Below the pieces are notes generated by a model that ran no database searches, was not told the origin of the DNA, and saw nothing but the letters and a program-made list of their open reading frames with translations. 43,751 nt of DNA from contig JAGWTL010000001.1 of the NCBI GenBank assembly GCA_028869035.1, positions 1 to 43,751 of the forward strand, written 5' to 3'. Both the position numbers and the translations under genes were made by a program. Shown one piece after another: positions 9,089 to 21,747 of this stretch (position 1 is the first letter of the stretch; each line of letters begins with the position of its first letter). The DNA comes from Burkholderiales bacterium (GTDB lineage: Bacteria; Pseudomonadota; Gammaproteobacteria; Burkholderiales; Burkholderiaceae_C).

Positions 9089-10492
9089 TTATTTACCGAT
9101 GCAGAAACGGGAAAAGATGACACCCAACAGGTCGTCTGATGTGAACTCGCCCGTGATCTCGTTGAGCGCGTTCTGCGCGAGGCGCAGTTCCTCGGCCAAC
9201 AGGTCCAACGCATGGGCCTGCGAAGCCAGATGCGCAGCCGCCATTTCGAGGTGGACCTGCACACGGCGCAAGGCCTGCACATGGCGTTCGCGGGCGATGT
9301 AGACGCCTTCGGACGCCGCCTGCCAGCCCACGGTCTCCAGCAGGCGGCGGCGCAGCAACTCCAGACCGGCGCCGGTTTTGGCCGAGAGACTCAGGCGCTC
9401 GGACGACAGTTTTGGCGCCGCGTCGGCCTTGTTCCAGACCTCGAGCACAGGCACGCGTGCCGGCAGGCGTTGCGCCAGGGTGCGCGCGATGGCCTCGTCG
9501 GCCTGGCGGTATTCGGACAGGGCGTGGCGCGTGAGATCGTGCAGGAAAAGCACGGCATCGGCGGCCTCGATCTCGGCCCAGGCACGAGCGATCCCGATGC
9601 GCTCCACTTCGTCGCTGCTTTCGCGCAGGCCGGCCGTATCGATCACGTGCAGGGGTACGCCCTCGATCTGGATGGTCTGCTGCACCTTGTCTCGTGTGGT
9701 GCCTGGAATGGCGGTCACGATGGCCAGTTCGGCCCCTGCCAGGGCGTTGAGCAGCGAGCTCTTGCCCGCATTGGGCTGGCCGGCGATGACCACCTTGATG
9801 CCTTCACGCAAGAGGCTGCCCTGGCGCGCGTGCTGCATCACGGCCGCCAGTTGCTCTTGCAGCCGGGTCAGCTGACCGTTGGCGTCGGCCTTTTTCAGGA
9901 AATCGATCTCTTCTTCCGGGAAGTCGAGCGTGGCTTCCACCAGCATGCGCAGCTGGATCAGCGCCTCGCGCAGCACGCCGATCTCCCGTGAGAACGCGCC
10001 GTCCAGCGAACGGCTGGCGCTGCGCGCTGCCGCTTCGGTGCTGGCGTCGATCAGGTCGGCGATGGCCTCGGCCTGGGTCAGGTCGATCTTGTCGTTGAGG
10101 AAGGCGCGCTCGGTGAACTCACCGGGCTGAGCCAGCCGCAGACCCGGCAGACAGGTGCGGCCGCTCGCCGGATCCACCCGCCCAGCCACTTCGAGGCAAC
10201 GGGCCAGCAGAAGCTGCATCACCACCGGTCCGCCGTGCACCTGCAACTCCAGAACATCCTCGCCGGTATAGGAGTGCGGTGCCGGGAAATGAATGGCCAG
10301 GCCGTGGTCCAGCACCCCGCCCGCCGCGTCGCGCAAGGGCAGGTACGTGGCGTGGCGCGCCGGCAAGGTGCGCCCACACAGGGCCGCGACGAAAGCATCC
10401 AGGCTGCGCCCGCTCACGCGCACGATGCCCACCGCTCCGCGTCCGGGGGCGGTGGCGACGGCGACGACGGGCTCCTGTTGACGTGCCAGCAT
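9089..10492 (-). CDS. mnmE: tRNA modification GTPase MnmE (TrmE)
   Basis: [39 protein letters not shown]-terminal FCIGK. Confidence 0.98.
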   Translation of the reverse strand: MLARQQEPVVAVATAPGRGAVGIVRVSGRSLDAFVAALCGRTLPARHATYLPLRDAAGGVLDHGLAIHFPAPHSYTGEDVLELQVHGGPVVMQLLLARCLEVAGRVDPASGRTCLPGLRLAQPGEFTERAFLNDKIDLTQAEAIADLIDASTEAAARSASRSLDGAFSREIGVLREALIQLRMLVEATLDFPEEEIDFLKKADANGQLTRLQEQLAAVMQHARQGSLLREGIKVVIAGQPNAGKSSLLNALAGAELAIVTAIPGTTRDKVQQTIQIEGVPLHVIDTAGLRESSDEVERIGIARAWAEIEAADAVLFLHDLTRHALSEYRQADEAIARTLAQRLPARVPVLEVWNKADAAPKLSSERLSLSAKTGAGLELLRRRLLETVGWQAASEGVYIARERHVQALRRVQVHLEMAAAHLASQAHALDLLAEELRLAQNALNEITGEFTSDDLLGVIFSRFCIGK

Positions 10493-10519
10493 GGGCCTCT
10501 ATTTTGCAGCGGCAGCTGC

Positions 10520-10546
10520 AAGTGAAAGGGCCGCTTACGCGGCCCT
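10520..10546 (-). terminator. Probable terminator after yidC
   Basis: Minus strand reads AGGGCCGC-GTAA-GCGGCCCT-TTCACTT (GNRA loop, short U-tract). Confidence 0.65.
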
Positions 10547-10556
10547 GTTCATCTGC

Positions 10557-12260
10557 TTACTTGAACTTCGGCAGGTTGAACTGCGGCGGAACGCCCATGC
10601 GGGTGTTGATGATCCACTGCTGGGCGATCGACAGGATGTTGTTGGTCAGCCAGTACAGCACCAGGCCGGCCGGGAAGAAGAAGAACATCACGCTGAAGAT
10701 CAGGGGCATGAACCACATCATCTTGGCCTGCAGCGGGTCCGGCGGGGCCGGGTTCAAAGCCGTTTGCAGCAGGGTGGTGGCCGTCATGAGCAGGGGCAGG
10801 ATGTAATAGGGATCGTTGGCCGACAGGTCCTTGATCCACAGGATCCAGGGCGCGTTGCGCATTTCCACGCTGGACAGCAGCACCCAGTAGAGGGCGATGA
10901 ATACCGGGATCTGGATCATGATGGGCAGGCAGCCGCCCATGGGGTTGACCTTTTCCTCGCGGTAGACGCGCATCATTTCCTGCTGCATCTGCTGCGGCTT
11001 GTCCTTGAGGCGCTCCCGCAGCTCGGTGATGCGCGGCGTGATGGCCTTCATCTTGGCCATGCTGGCGTAGGCCTTGGCGTTGAGCCAGTAGAAGGCGACC
11101 TTCAGCAGCACCACCAGGGCCACGATGGACCAGCCCCAGTTGTGCAGCAGGCGGTGGAGCTGGTCCAGCAGCCAGTACAGGGGCTTGGCCAGGATGGTCA
11201 GCCAGCCATAGTCCTTGACCAGTTCCAGTCCGGGCGCGATGGCTTCAAGTCGCTTCTCTTCCTGCGGCCCGACGAAGAGGCGCGCCTCCACGGCCCGGCT
11301 CGTCCCCGGGGCCAGGGTCTCCAAGGGGGCAATCATGCCGACCGCGTACAAATTGCTGTCCACCTTGCGCGCGAAGATGTCGCGCTGTATGCCGTCAGCC
11401 AGCAGCCAGGCGCTGGCAAAGTAATGCTGCACCATGGCGACATAGCCATTGGTCGATTGCTTGTCGAATTCGGCCTTGCCTTTTTCGATATCGCTGAACT
11501 CGATCTTGTGGTATTTCCTGGCTTCGGTGTAGACCGCCGGGCCGGTGAAGGTGGAATAGAAGGAAGACTCGCCGGCAGGCTTGTTGCCGTCGCGCACCAG
11601 TTGCAGGTAAAGCTGCGGCGTCACCGGCGCGCCGCCCAGGTTCTGTACCTCGTGTTTGACGCCCAGGGTATAACTGCCTCGCTTGATCGTATAGGTCTTG
11701 ACCAGCTTGACGCCCCCGACTTCGGGCGACTCGAACTTCAGCTGCAGTTCATCAACGCCCTCCTTGAGCACGCGTTCGCCGGGCACCAGTTTCATGACGG
11801 TCTTGTGCGTCGGCAGATTGCCGCCCGCAGCGCCGGCGATCAGGCCGGACTGGGCAAGATAGACTCGGTCCTTGCTTTCGTCGAACAGCACAACGTTGGT
11901 TTCGGGATGCTTCTGATCGTGGTGCTTCAGGAATTCGGAATGGACCAGGGAGCCCCCCTCGGTGTCGAAACCCAGCTTCAGCACATCGGTGCTCACCTCC
12001 ACCCGCTCTCGGGCCACCGGGGCCTGCGTCTCGGTCTTGGCGATGCGATCACTGCCGTTGCCGGCCGGCAGCACGGGCGTAGTGGTCGGGACGGTGGCCG
12101 CAGGCGCCGAAGCGGGAGTTTGCGGCGCCGGGGCAGTCTTGACCGCGGGGCTCGGGAAGAAGGTCGCAGGTCGGCCATTGTGGATCTGCCACTGGTCCCA
12201 CAGCAGGACCAGGGAAAAGCCAAAAATCACCCACAGGATGGTGCGGCGAATATCGTTCAT
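10557..12260 (-). CDS. yidC: Membrane protein insertase YidC
   Basis: DYGWL, NWGWSI, NPMGGCLP, DPYYILP, GLVLYW. Canonical gene position. Confidence 0.98.
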   Translation of the reverse strand: MNDIRRTILWVIFGFSLVLLWDQWQIHNGRPATFFPSPAVKTAPAPQTPASAPAATVPTTTPVLPAGNGSDRIAKTETQAPVARERVEVSTDVLKLGFDTEGGSLVHSEFLKHHDQKHPETNVVLFDESKDRVYLAQSGLIAGAAGGNLPTHKTVMKLVPGERVLKEGVDELQLKFESPEVGGVKLVKTYTIKRGSYTLGVKHEVQNLGGAPVTPQLYLQLVRDGNKPAGESSFYSTFTGPAVYTEARKYHKIEFSDIEKGKAEFDKQSTNGYVAMVQHYFASAWLLADGIQRDIFARKVDSNLYAVGMIAPLETLAPGTSRAVEARLFVGPQEEKRLEAIAPGLELVKDYGWLTILAKPLYWLLDQLHRLLHNWGWSIVALVVLLKVAFYWLNAKAYASMAKMKAITPRITELRERLKDKPQQMQQEMMRVYREEKVNPMGGCLPIMIQIPVFIALYWVLLSSVEMRNAPWILWIKDLSANDPYYILPLLMTATTLLQTALNPAPPDPLQAKMMWFMPLIFSVMFFFFPAGLVLYWLTNNILSIAQQWIINTRMGVPPQFNLPKFK

Positions 12261-12532
12261 GAAGTCTTCTTTTCAGAGGAGGAGGAGGTGAGCAGGCCGC
12301 TGAAGAATCGCGGTTTTTGTGCCGGCACGGGATCATGCCCGCCGCCACACCAGGGATGGCAGCGCAACAGACGCGTCATGGTCAGATAGCTGCCAGCCAG
12401 CGCGCCATGCTGATGCAGGGCGTCCAGCGCATAACGCGAGCAGGTCGGTTCGAAACGGCAGGCCGAGCCCAGCCAGGGGCTCAGAAAGAAACGGTAGGCC
12501 TTGACCAGGCCGATGAGCACTTTGGCGATCAT
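12257..12532 (-). CDS. yidD: Membrane protein insertion efficiency factor YidD
   Basis: CRFEPTCSRY, RCHPW, GGHDPVP. Confidence 0.96.
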   Translation of the reverse strand: MIAKVLIGLVKAYRFFLSPWLGSACRFEPTCSRYALDALHQHGALAGSYLTMTRLLRCHPWCGGGHDPVPAQKPRFFSGLLTSSSSEKKTS

Positions 12533-12939
12533 GCGCCCGCCTTGCGTGGCTGCGCGGCCTTGCCGAACAACTGCTGGATCTCGGCACGGACCGCCGCATG
12601 CAGGGCGTCCGAAGCAGCGCTGCTGAACTGCCGGCGCTCAAAACCTGCACGCAGGCGCACCAGGTAGGCGGCCGCCGGCAGCACCGGCGCATGCTGCGCC
12701 GCGATACTGTAGATCTGTCGCTTGATGAGATTGCGCGTCACGGCACGGCGTGCCCAGCGCTTGGGAACCATGGCGCCGAACCAAAGCTCGTCATTGGCAA
12801 GTAAGACCCGCGGTACGGCGGGCGCGTCCGAGGTTTCCCGGACCATGCGATGCATGACGAAATGCTCGGTCCGGGCAAATGAGGCGCATGCCAGCATGGC
12901 CTGGAACTGTTCCCGGGTTTTCAGTCGCCGCGCCAGCAT
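12529..12939 (-). CDS. rnpA: Ribonuclease P protein component
   Basis: RLK..QFQ and RNR-type motif AVTRNLIKRQ. Lies between rpmH and yidD. Confidence 0.92.
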   Translation of the reverse strand: MLARRLKTREQFQAMLACASFARTEHFVMHRMVRETSDAPAVPRVLLANDELWFGAMVPKRWARRAVTRNLIKRQIYSIAAQHAPVLPAAAYLVRLRAGFERRQFSSAASDALHAAVRAEIQQLFGKAAQPRKAGA

Positions 12940-12998
12940 GGTGCGCCGTCAAGAACACTGCGCATCTACCGTACAGGACGCTGGTTGGACGATACGGT

Positions 12999-13133
12999 TC
13001 AGACGGCCAGGCGCTTGCGGCCCTTGGCGCGACGTGCGTTGATCACGGCGCGGCCGCCACGGGTCTTCATGCGGACCAGAAAGCCATGGGTACGCGCGCG
13101 GCGGATCTTGGAGGGCTGGTAAGTACGTTTCAT
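12999..13133 (-). CDS. rpmH: 50S ribosomal protein L34 (absent from the ORF track)
   Basis: Manual translation: [44 protein letters not shown]. Confidence 0.98.
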   Translation of the reverse strand: MKRTYQPSKIRRARTHGFLVRMKTRGGRAVINARRAKGRKRLAV

Positions 13134-13293
13134 CTCGAAATCCTAGTGATAAGCGATGGAGTTTTCTGTCCATGCAGGCGAGCCCTCCACAAGCTGCGGC
13201 TCGTCCCATGTCCCGTCCCGTCCGGACGTCCGTGCCGCAGTCCGCGCCCGAGAGCGCGTTCCGGGCACGTTACAGGCCTCGGGAAAACCATAA

Positions 13294-13322
13294 ATTATCG
13301 CAAAAAATTCCAATATTGGCAA
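13294..13322 (-). promoter_or_regulatory. Putative sigma70 promoter of the rpmH operon
   Basis: Minus strand TTGCCA-N17-GATAAT. Confidence 0.6.
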
Positions 13323-13377
13323 GGCCTTGGCTGTTTGAATGCGTGTTGCACATGAAGCCGGAGCCCGCTTTCTCCTC

Positions 13378-13436
13378 TTGTGGATAAATTCTTGATAATT
13401 TACAATTCGGCGTTCTGGTCAGCGTAACTATCCACA
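13378..13436 (+). promoter_or_regulatory. Putative dnaA promoter with overlapping DnaA boxes
   Basis: TTGTGG-N17-TACAAT (13378-13406). A perfect DnaA box TGTGGATAA (13379-13387) overlaps the -35. CTATCCACA (13428-13436) has one mismatch. Confidence 0.7.
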
Positions 13437-13448
13437 ATAATCACAGGC

Positions 13449-14861
13449 ATGAGTGAGGGACAAATCAACGGGCAGCCGATCGGTATCGGCCAGGAAAGTG
13501 GCCAGGGACTGTGGCAGGCCTGCGTCGATCAGCTGGCCCAGGAATTGCCTGAACAGCAGTTCAATACCTGGATCAAGCCTTTGACGGCCCAGGTGGCCGA
13601 AGATTTCTCCCGCGTCACACTTTTTGTCGTCAACCGCTTCAAACTGGACTGGGTCCGGGCCCAATACAGCAATCGCATCGCCACTCTGCTGGAAAAAGTC
13701 TATGGCCAGCCCATGCGGCTTGAGTTGGCACTCACACCCAGGGAAAATCAGGTTCGGTTAAAAGAAAGTCTCATTGAGGCCGATGTTTTGCCAGCCGAGG
13801 AATCCTATGCCGCAGGCGTGGAGCGAAACAACGCGGGCAACCGGACCCGTCTGAACACCGCCCTGACTTTTGAAACCCTGGTGGAAGGCACGGCCAACCG
13901 CATGGCCCGTGCTGCGGCCATGCACGTGGCCAGCTCGCCTGGCCAGCTTTACAACCCCCTGTTCATCTACGGCGGCGTCGGTCTGGGCAAGACCCACCTG
14001 ATGCATGCCGTGGGCAACCGGCTGCTCGTCGAGCGACCCAACGCCAAGGTTCTCTACATCCATGCCGAGCAATTCGTTTCGGATGTGGTTAAGGCCTACC
14101 AGCGCAAGACTTTTGACGAGTTCAAGGACAAGTACCACTCCCTGGACCTGCTGCTGATCGACGATGTGCAATTCTTCGCCAACAAGGACCGCACCCAGGA
14201 AGAGTTTTTCAATGCCTTCGAGGCTCTGCTGGCCAAGAAGTCGCACATCGTGATGACCAGCGACACCTATCCCAAGGGCCTGCTGGACATCCACGAACGC
14301 CTGGTGTCCCGCTTCGATTCCGGCCTGACGGTGGCGATCGAGCCGCCTGAGCTGGAAATGCGGGTGGCTATCCTGATCAACAAGTCCCTGAGCGAAGGGA
14401 CCGAGATGCCCGAGGAGGTGGCCTTTTTCGTTGCCAAGAACGTACGTTCCAACGTCCGTGAACTGGAAGGCGCCCTGCGCAAGATCCTGGCGTATTCACG
14501 TTTCAACCAGAAGGAAATATCCATCCAGCTGGCCCGTGACGCCCTGCGCGACCTGCTGTCCATCCAGAACCGGCAGATTTCGGTGGAAAACATCCAGAAG
14601 ACCGTGGCCGACTACTACAAGATCAAGGTCGCGGACATGTACTCCAAGAAACGGCCGGCCAGCATCGCCCGCCCGCGCCAGATTGCCATGTACCTGGCCA
14701 AGGAATTGACACAGAAAAGCCTGCCCGAAATTGGCGAGCTCTTTGGTGGCCGCGACCACACGACCGTGCTGCATGCCGTACGCAAAATTTCCGGCGAACG
14801 CCAGCAATTGACAGAACTGAACCAGCAACTGCATGTGCTTGAGCAGACACTCAAGGGATAA
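13449..14861 (+). CDS. dnaA: Chromosomal replication initiator DnaA
   Basis: [51 protein letters not shown]. Confidence 0.99.
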   Translation: MSEGQINGQPIGIGQESGQGLWQACVDQLAQELPEQQFNTWIKPLTAQVAEDFSRVTLFVVNRFKLDWVRAQYSNRIATLLEKVYGQPMRLELALTPRENQVRLKESLIEADVLPAEESYAAGVERNNAGNRTRLNTALTFETLVEGTANRMARAAAMHVASSPGQLYNPLFIYGGVGLGKTHLMHAVGNRLLVERPNAKVLYIHAEQFVSDVVKAYQRKTFDEFKDKYHSLDLLLIDDVQFFANKDRTQEEFFNAFEALLAKKSHIVMTSDTYPKGLLDIHERLVSRFDSGLTVAIEPPELEMRVAILINKSLSEGTEMPEEVAFFVAKNVRSNVRELEGALRKILAYSRFNQKEISIQLARDALRDLLSIQNRQISVENIQKTVADYYKIKVADMYSKKRPASIARPRQIAMYLAKELTQKSLPEIGELFGGRDHTTVLHAVRKISGERQQLTELNQQLHVLEQTLKG

Positions 14862-15119
14862 AAGGAGCCATCACCCAAGACAGCAACGGCCGCCCAAACC
14901 CTGGGGATACTTCTGGCACAAGTCAGTACTTATCCACAGACCGAGGGGGTTCCAACAAGTTATGCCAGGGAAACCGGGGACAAACCGGCCTGCTGCACAC
15001 ATGGTTGAAGGACAGGCAAGTCGTTGATAAAAAAAGGGAAAATGGCGCTGTCCACAGAAAGCTGCCCGCTCTATCTACTACTACTAATTTGAAATAGAGA
15101 AATCAAAGAAGAGGTTGAC
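14862..15119. other. oriC: Replication origin oriC (dnaA-dnaN intergenic region)
   Basis: Perfect DnaA box TTATCCACA (14930-14938). Degenerate boxes TGGGGATAC (14902), CGGGGACAA (14975), CTGTCCACA (15048-15056). Then a GC spacer, CTA repeats (15071-15086) and an AT-rich tract. Confidence 0.8.
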
Positions 15120-16226
15120 ATGATCGTCCTGAAGGCAACACAAGACAAAGTACTCTCCGTATTCCAGTCCGTTTCGGGCATCGTGGAACGTCGCCATACC
15201 CTACCCATCCTGGCCAATGTGATGATCCGGAAGACGGGCAGTGCCTTGCAATTCACGACCAGCGATCTGGAAATCCAGATCCGGACAACGACCGAGCTCG
15301 ATGGGGACGCTGGCAATTTCACGACCACCGTGGGTGCGCGCAAGCTGATCGATATTCTGCGTACCATGCCGGCCGACCAGACGGTGTCGCTGGAGTCCAG
15401 CCAGAACAAGCTCATCCTCAAGGGCGGCAAGAGCAAGTTCACGCTGCAGACCCTGCCGGCCGAAGATTTCCCCCTGGTGCAGGAAGCGGCCAATTTCGGT
15501 CCGGCTTTCAGCGTACCGCAGAAGACCCTTAAGGAACTGCTGGGCCAGGTTTCGTTTTCGATGGCGGTGCATGACATCCGCTATTACCTCAACGGCATCC
15601 TGTTCGTGGCCGAAGGCAAGCAATTGAGCCTGGTCGCCACCGACGGTCACCGTCTGGCTTTTGCGTCGGCCACACTGGACGTGGAAGTGCCCAAGCAGGA
15701 AGTCATCCTGCCGCGCAAGACGGTGCTGGAAATGCAGCGCCTTCTGAGTGATACCGAGGGCGCGATCGAGATGCAGTTTGCGAGCAACCAGGCCAAGTTC
15801 AGCTTTGGTGGCATGGAGTTCGTGACCAAGCTGGTCGAAGGCAAGTTCCCGGATTACAACCGTGTGATCCCGAAGAACCACAAGAATGCCATCATCCTGG
15901 GTCGCCAACCTCTGCTCGCCAGCCTCCAGCGCACGGCCATCCTGACCAGCGACAAGTTCAAGGGCGTGCGCCTGAACATTGATCCTGGCACCCTGCGTGT
16001 GGCTTCCAACAACGCCGAGCAGGAAGAAGCCGTAGACGAACTGGAAATCGATTACAGCGGCGACAGCATCGAGATCGGTTTCAACGTGACCTACCTGATC
16101 GATGTGCTGACAAATATGGAACAGGACATGGTTAAGGTCGAATTGTCTGATTCGAACAGTTCGGCCCTGGTCACCATTCCCGACAACCACAGCTTCAAAT
16201 ACGTCGTGATGCCCATGCGCATCTGA
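15120..16226 (+). CDS. dnaN: DNA polymerase III beta sliding clamp
   Basis: TLPIL, RYYLNG, VATDGHRL, GKFPDY, C-terminal VVMPMRI. Confidence 0.99.
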   Translation: MIVLKATQDKVLSVFQSVSGIVERRHTLPILANVMIRKTGSALQFTTSDLEIQIRTTTELDGDAGNFTTTVGARKLIDILRTMPADQTVSLESSQNKLILKGGKSKFTLQTLPAEDFPLVQEAANFGPAFSVPQKTLKELLGQVSFSMAVHDIRYYLNGILFVAEGKQLSLVATDGHRLAFASATLDVEVPKQEVILPRKTVLEMQRLLSDTEGAIEMQFASNQAKFSFGGMEFVTKLVEGKFPDYNRVIPKNHKNAIILGRQPLLASLQRTAILTSDKFKGVRLNIDPGTLRVASNNAEQEEAVDELEIDYSGDSIEIGFNVTYLIDVLTNMEQDMVKVELSDSNSSALVTIPDNHSFKYVVMPMRI

Positions 16227-16244
16227 TGCAGATCGCAAGACCAT

Positions 16245-16277
16245 GACCCGCGACGAACATCTGGTTCATCGCGGGTC
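16245..16277. repeat. Inverted repeat / stem-loop between dnaN and gyrB
   Basis: GACCCGCGACGAAC-ATCTG-GTTCATCGCGGGTC: 14-bp stem with one mismatch, no U-tract. Confidence 0.6.
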
Positions 16278-16314
16278 TGTTCATTCAAGAGTTTGAGTAG
16301 TGTTGAAAAAGTAA

Positions 16315-18912
<2,598 letters not shown>

Positions 18913-18928
18913 CGCAGTTCCGGGCGGC

Positions 18929-19540
18929 ATGAAAACCGTCGCCGTCATCGACTTCGAAACCTCGGGCATTTCGCCCGAGCAGGGCGCCCGCGCCACCGAG
19001 GTGGCGATTGTGCTGGTGCAAGGCGGGTGCATCGTCGACCGTTTCCAGAGCCTGATGAACGCTGGCGCCCATATTCCCGCCTTCATCACCCAGCTCACCG
19101 GCATCAGCAATGCCATGGTGCGCGCCGCTCCCGATGCCGGGGAGGTGATGCGCGAGGCCAGTCGTTTCGTGGGCGATACGCCCATGGTTGCCCACAACGC
19201 ATCCTTTGATCGCAAGTTCTGGATGGGTGAGCTATCCCGCCTGGGCCAGCAGGCCCGGCAGCCTTTTGCCTGCACCATGCTGCTATCGCGCCGGCTCTAC
19301 CCCCAGGCCCCGAACCACAGGCTGGGCACACTGGTGGACTACCACCGCCTGCCGCGCACGGGCACGGCCCATCGGGCGCTGGCGGATGCTGAAATGGCGG
19401 CTGAGTTGCTGGTCAGGATCCAGCAGGACCTGCAGCGTCGCTACGGTGTCACGGCTGCCGACCATGATCTGCTGATGGCCCTGCAGCAGTGCCAGCGCCA
19501 GGGCGTCTCGGCCCTCTTGTCGCGCTACGCCCGGGTATAG
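18929..19540 (+). CDS. DEDDh 3'-5' exonuclease (DnaQ/epsilon-like)
   Basis: ExoI IDFETSG, ExoII AHNASFD, ExoIII HRALAD. ATG is 16 nt after the gyrB stop. Confidence 0.9.
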   Translation: MKTVAVIDFETSGISPEQGARATEVAIVLVQGGCIVDRFQSLMNAGAHIPAFITQLTGISNAMVRAAPDAGEVMREASRFVGDTPMVAHNASFDRKFWMGELSRLGQQARQPFACTMLLSRRLYPQAPNHRLGTLVDYHRLPRTGTAHRALADAEMAAELLVRIQQDLQRRYGVTAADHDLLMALQQCQRQGVSALLSRYARV

Positions 19541-19590
19541 GATGATGCTTGACCGCATAATCAAACGATGCCTGCAGAACGGCTCATTCC

Positions 19591-21126
19591 ATGAGTGATA
19601 AAAAACCTTTCGAGATTGCGCGCGAGGCGCTCAAACAGATCACGGCACGCCAGTTGGCGCCCACGCCGGTCAATTACCAGGCGATCTACAACGAGATTGC
19701 AGGCATGCCGAACGTGCAGCCCTTTCCGGAAGAGCCACTGAGGCAGATAGTCCAGGCCTTGCCGGCGCGCAACCCGGGCCAGGAAAAGCAGCGCAGTCTG
19801 CTGGAGTACGCTATCGGGCAGCGCAACTGGCTGGGCGTGCAGAACGCGCTGGTGGCCTACAGCGGTTTTGCCATGCCGGGCAGCGGCGATTCGGCCCCGG
19901 CACCGCTGGCGTCCACGCCCACCGCGGCACCGGCACTGACACCGGAATTCTTCGAGCAGATTGCGCGCCTGATCGAATATGCCAAGCCTGCCCTGGGCAC
20001 GGACGATGCCCGCTTCCTGGAGCAGATGCAGCAGCTCATCCAGGCCCTGCGCGATCCGGCGGCCGAAGCCTACAAGGTCAAGGCCCAGCTGGCCGACTTC
20101 AGCCATCGCCTGTCCTTTGCGGCCGAAGACCAGGCCGAGATCCACCTGAGCCTGCTCAAGCTGCTGCAACTGATCATCGATAACATCGGCGAGCTCAGCC
20201 CGGACGACAACTGGCTCAAGGGCCAGACCGATGCGCTGAAGGAAGCGGCCCGGCCGCCGCTGACCTTGCGCCGCCTGGACGACGTGGAGCGCCGCCTCAA
20301 GGACGTGATCTTCAAGCAGACCGAGGCCAAGGGGCGGGCGCAGGAAGCCCAGGAAGAACTGCGCCAGATGCTGGCCACCTTCATCAGCCGCCTGTCGCAG
20401 ATGAGCGAGATCAGCGGCGCCTACCAGGGCAAGATGGAAGAGAGTATGCGCCAGCTCGAGCAGGCCAAGAAGATCGAGGAGATCGCGCCCGTGCTCAAGG
20501 AGGTCATCAGCGCCACGCGGCACATGACCAGCGAATCGACCAGCGCGCGCGACGAGCTGCGTGCCATGCGCGAGAAGGCGCAATCCACCGAGGCCGAGAT
20601 GGTCAAGCTGCACCGCGAGCTTGACCGCGTCAGCGCCCAGGCACGCCACGACAGCCTGACGGGGGCGCTCAACCGCCAGGGCCTGGACGAGGCCATGAAC
20701 CGCGAGGTTTCCAGCGTGCGGCGCAAGGACGCAGCCCTGTCTGTGGCCTTGCTGGATATCGACAATTTCAAGAAGCTCAACGATGGCAAGGGACATGAGA
20801 CTGGCGACGCTGCGCTCAAGCACCTTGCTACGGTAGCGCGCGAGTGTATGCGCCCGCAGGATACGCTGGCGCGTTATGGTGGCGAGGAGTTCGTTGTCCT
20901 GCTGCCCGATACGCCGCTGGACAAGGGCGTGGAGGCCATGACACGCCTGCAACGCGAGCTGACCAAGCGGTTTTTCCTGGCGGGCAACGAGAAGATCCTG
21001 ATCACCTTCAGTGCCGGTGTGGCCCAGCTGGCCGCCGGTGAAACCGGTGCCGACGCCATCAAGCGTGCCGACCAGGCCATGTACCTGGCCAAGCGGGCTG
21101 GCAAGAACCGTGTCATCGGGGCCTGA
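19591..21126 (+). CDS. Cytoplasmic diguanylate cyclase (coiled coil + GGDEF)
   Basis: DSLTG, DIDNFKKLND, I-site RPQD, RYGGEEF, ADQAMYLAK. Confidence 0.93.
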   Translation: MSDKKPFEIAREALKQITARQLAPTPVNYQAIYNEIAGMPNVQPFPEEPLRQIVQALPARNPGQEKQRSLLEYAIGQRNWLGVQNALVAYSGFAMPGSGDSAPAPLASTPTAAPALTPEFFEQIARLIEYAKPALGTDDARFLEQMQQLIQALRDPAAEAYKVKAQLADFSHRLSFAAEDQAEIHLSLLKLLQLIIDNIGELSPDDNWLKGQTDALKEAARPPLTLRRLDDVERRLKDVIFKQTEAKGRAQEAQEELRQMLATFISRLSQMSEISGAYQGKMEESMRQLEQAKKIEEIAPVLKEVISATRHMTSESTSARDELRAMREKAQSTEAEMVKLHRELDRVSAQARHDSLTGALNRQGLDEAMNREVSSVRRKDAALSVALLDIDNFKKLNDGKGHETGDAALKHLATVARECMRPQDTLARYGGEEFVVLLPDTPLDKGVEAMTRLQRELTKRFFLAGNEKILITFSAGVAQLAAGETGADAIKRADQAMYLAKRAGKNRVIGA

Positions 21127-21149
21127 CATCCCGTCATAGGAGAGCCGCC

Positions 21150-21728
21150 GTGGAAATGATGATCGCCGGACTCGTGGTCTTTCTGGGGGTGCACTCGGTG
21201 CGCATGCTCGCCGAGGACTGGCGCCACCGCATGCGAACCCGCCTGGGCAAAGGTGCCTGGAAGGGCTTGTATTCCCTGCTTTCGCTGGCCGGACTCGCGT
21301 TGATCGTCTGGGGCTTCGACCTGGCGCGCGAACAGCCGGTGATCCTGTGGACCCCACCCACAGGTCTGCGCCATGTGGCCTCGCTGCTGACCCTGCTGGC
21401 CTTCGTGCTGCTGGCCGCGGCCTACGTGCCGGGTAATGCCATCAAGGCGCGCCTGCACCACCCCATGGTGCTGGGCGTGAAGACCTGGGCCCTGGCCCAT
21501 CTGCTGGCCACCGGCATGCTGGCGCATCTGCTGTTGTTCGGCGCTTTCCTGGTCTGGGCCATCTTCAGTTTCAGTATCTCGCGCCGTCGCGATCGTCGCG
21601 ATGGCGTGTCGTATCCACCGGGCCGCCGGGTGGCTACTGGTCTGACCGTGGTGCTGGGCGTGGCCGCCTGGGCCGTGTTTGCCTTCGGCCTGCACGGCCT
21701 GCTGATCGGCATCAAGCCTTACGGCTGA
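21150..21728 (+). CDS. NnrU family membrane protein
   Basis: GLVVFLGVHS, YSLLSLAGL, LHHPMVLG..WALAHL. SD GGAG precedes the GTG. Confidence 0.85.
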   Translation: MEMMIAGLVVFLGVHSVRMLAEDWRHRMRTRLGKGAWKGLYSLLSLAGLALIVWGFDLAREQPVILWTPPTGLRHVASLLTLLAFVLLAAAYVPGNAIKARLHHPMVLGVKTWALAHLLATGMLAHLLLFGAFLVWAIFSFSISRRRDRRDGVSYPPGRRVATGLTVVLGVAAWAVFAFGLHGLLIGIKPYG

Positions 21729-21747
21729 TGTCCTTGGCCGGACGCGC

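Noticed and set aside
19549-19564. TTGAC..ATCAA upstream of the DGC as an FNR box
   Set aside because: The half-sites are 6 nt apart rather than 4.
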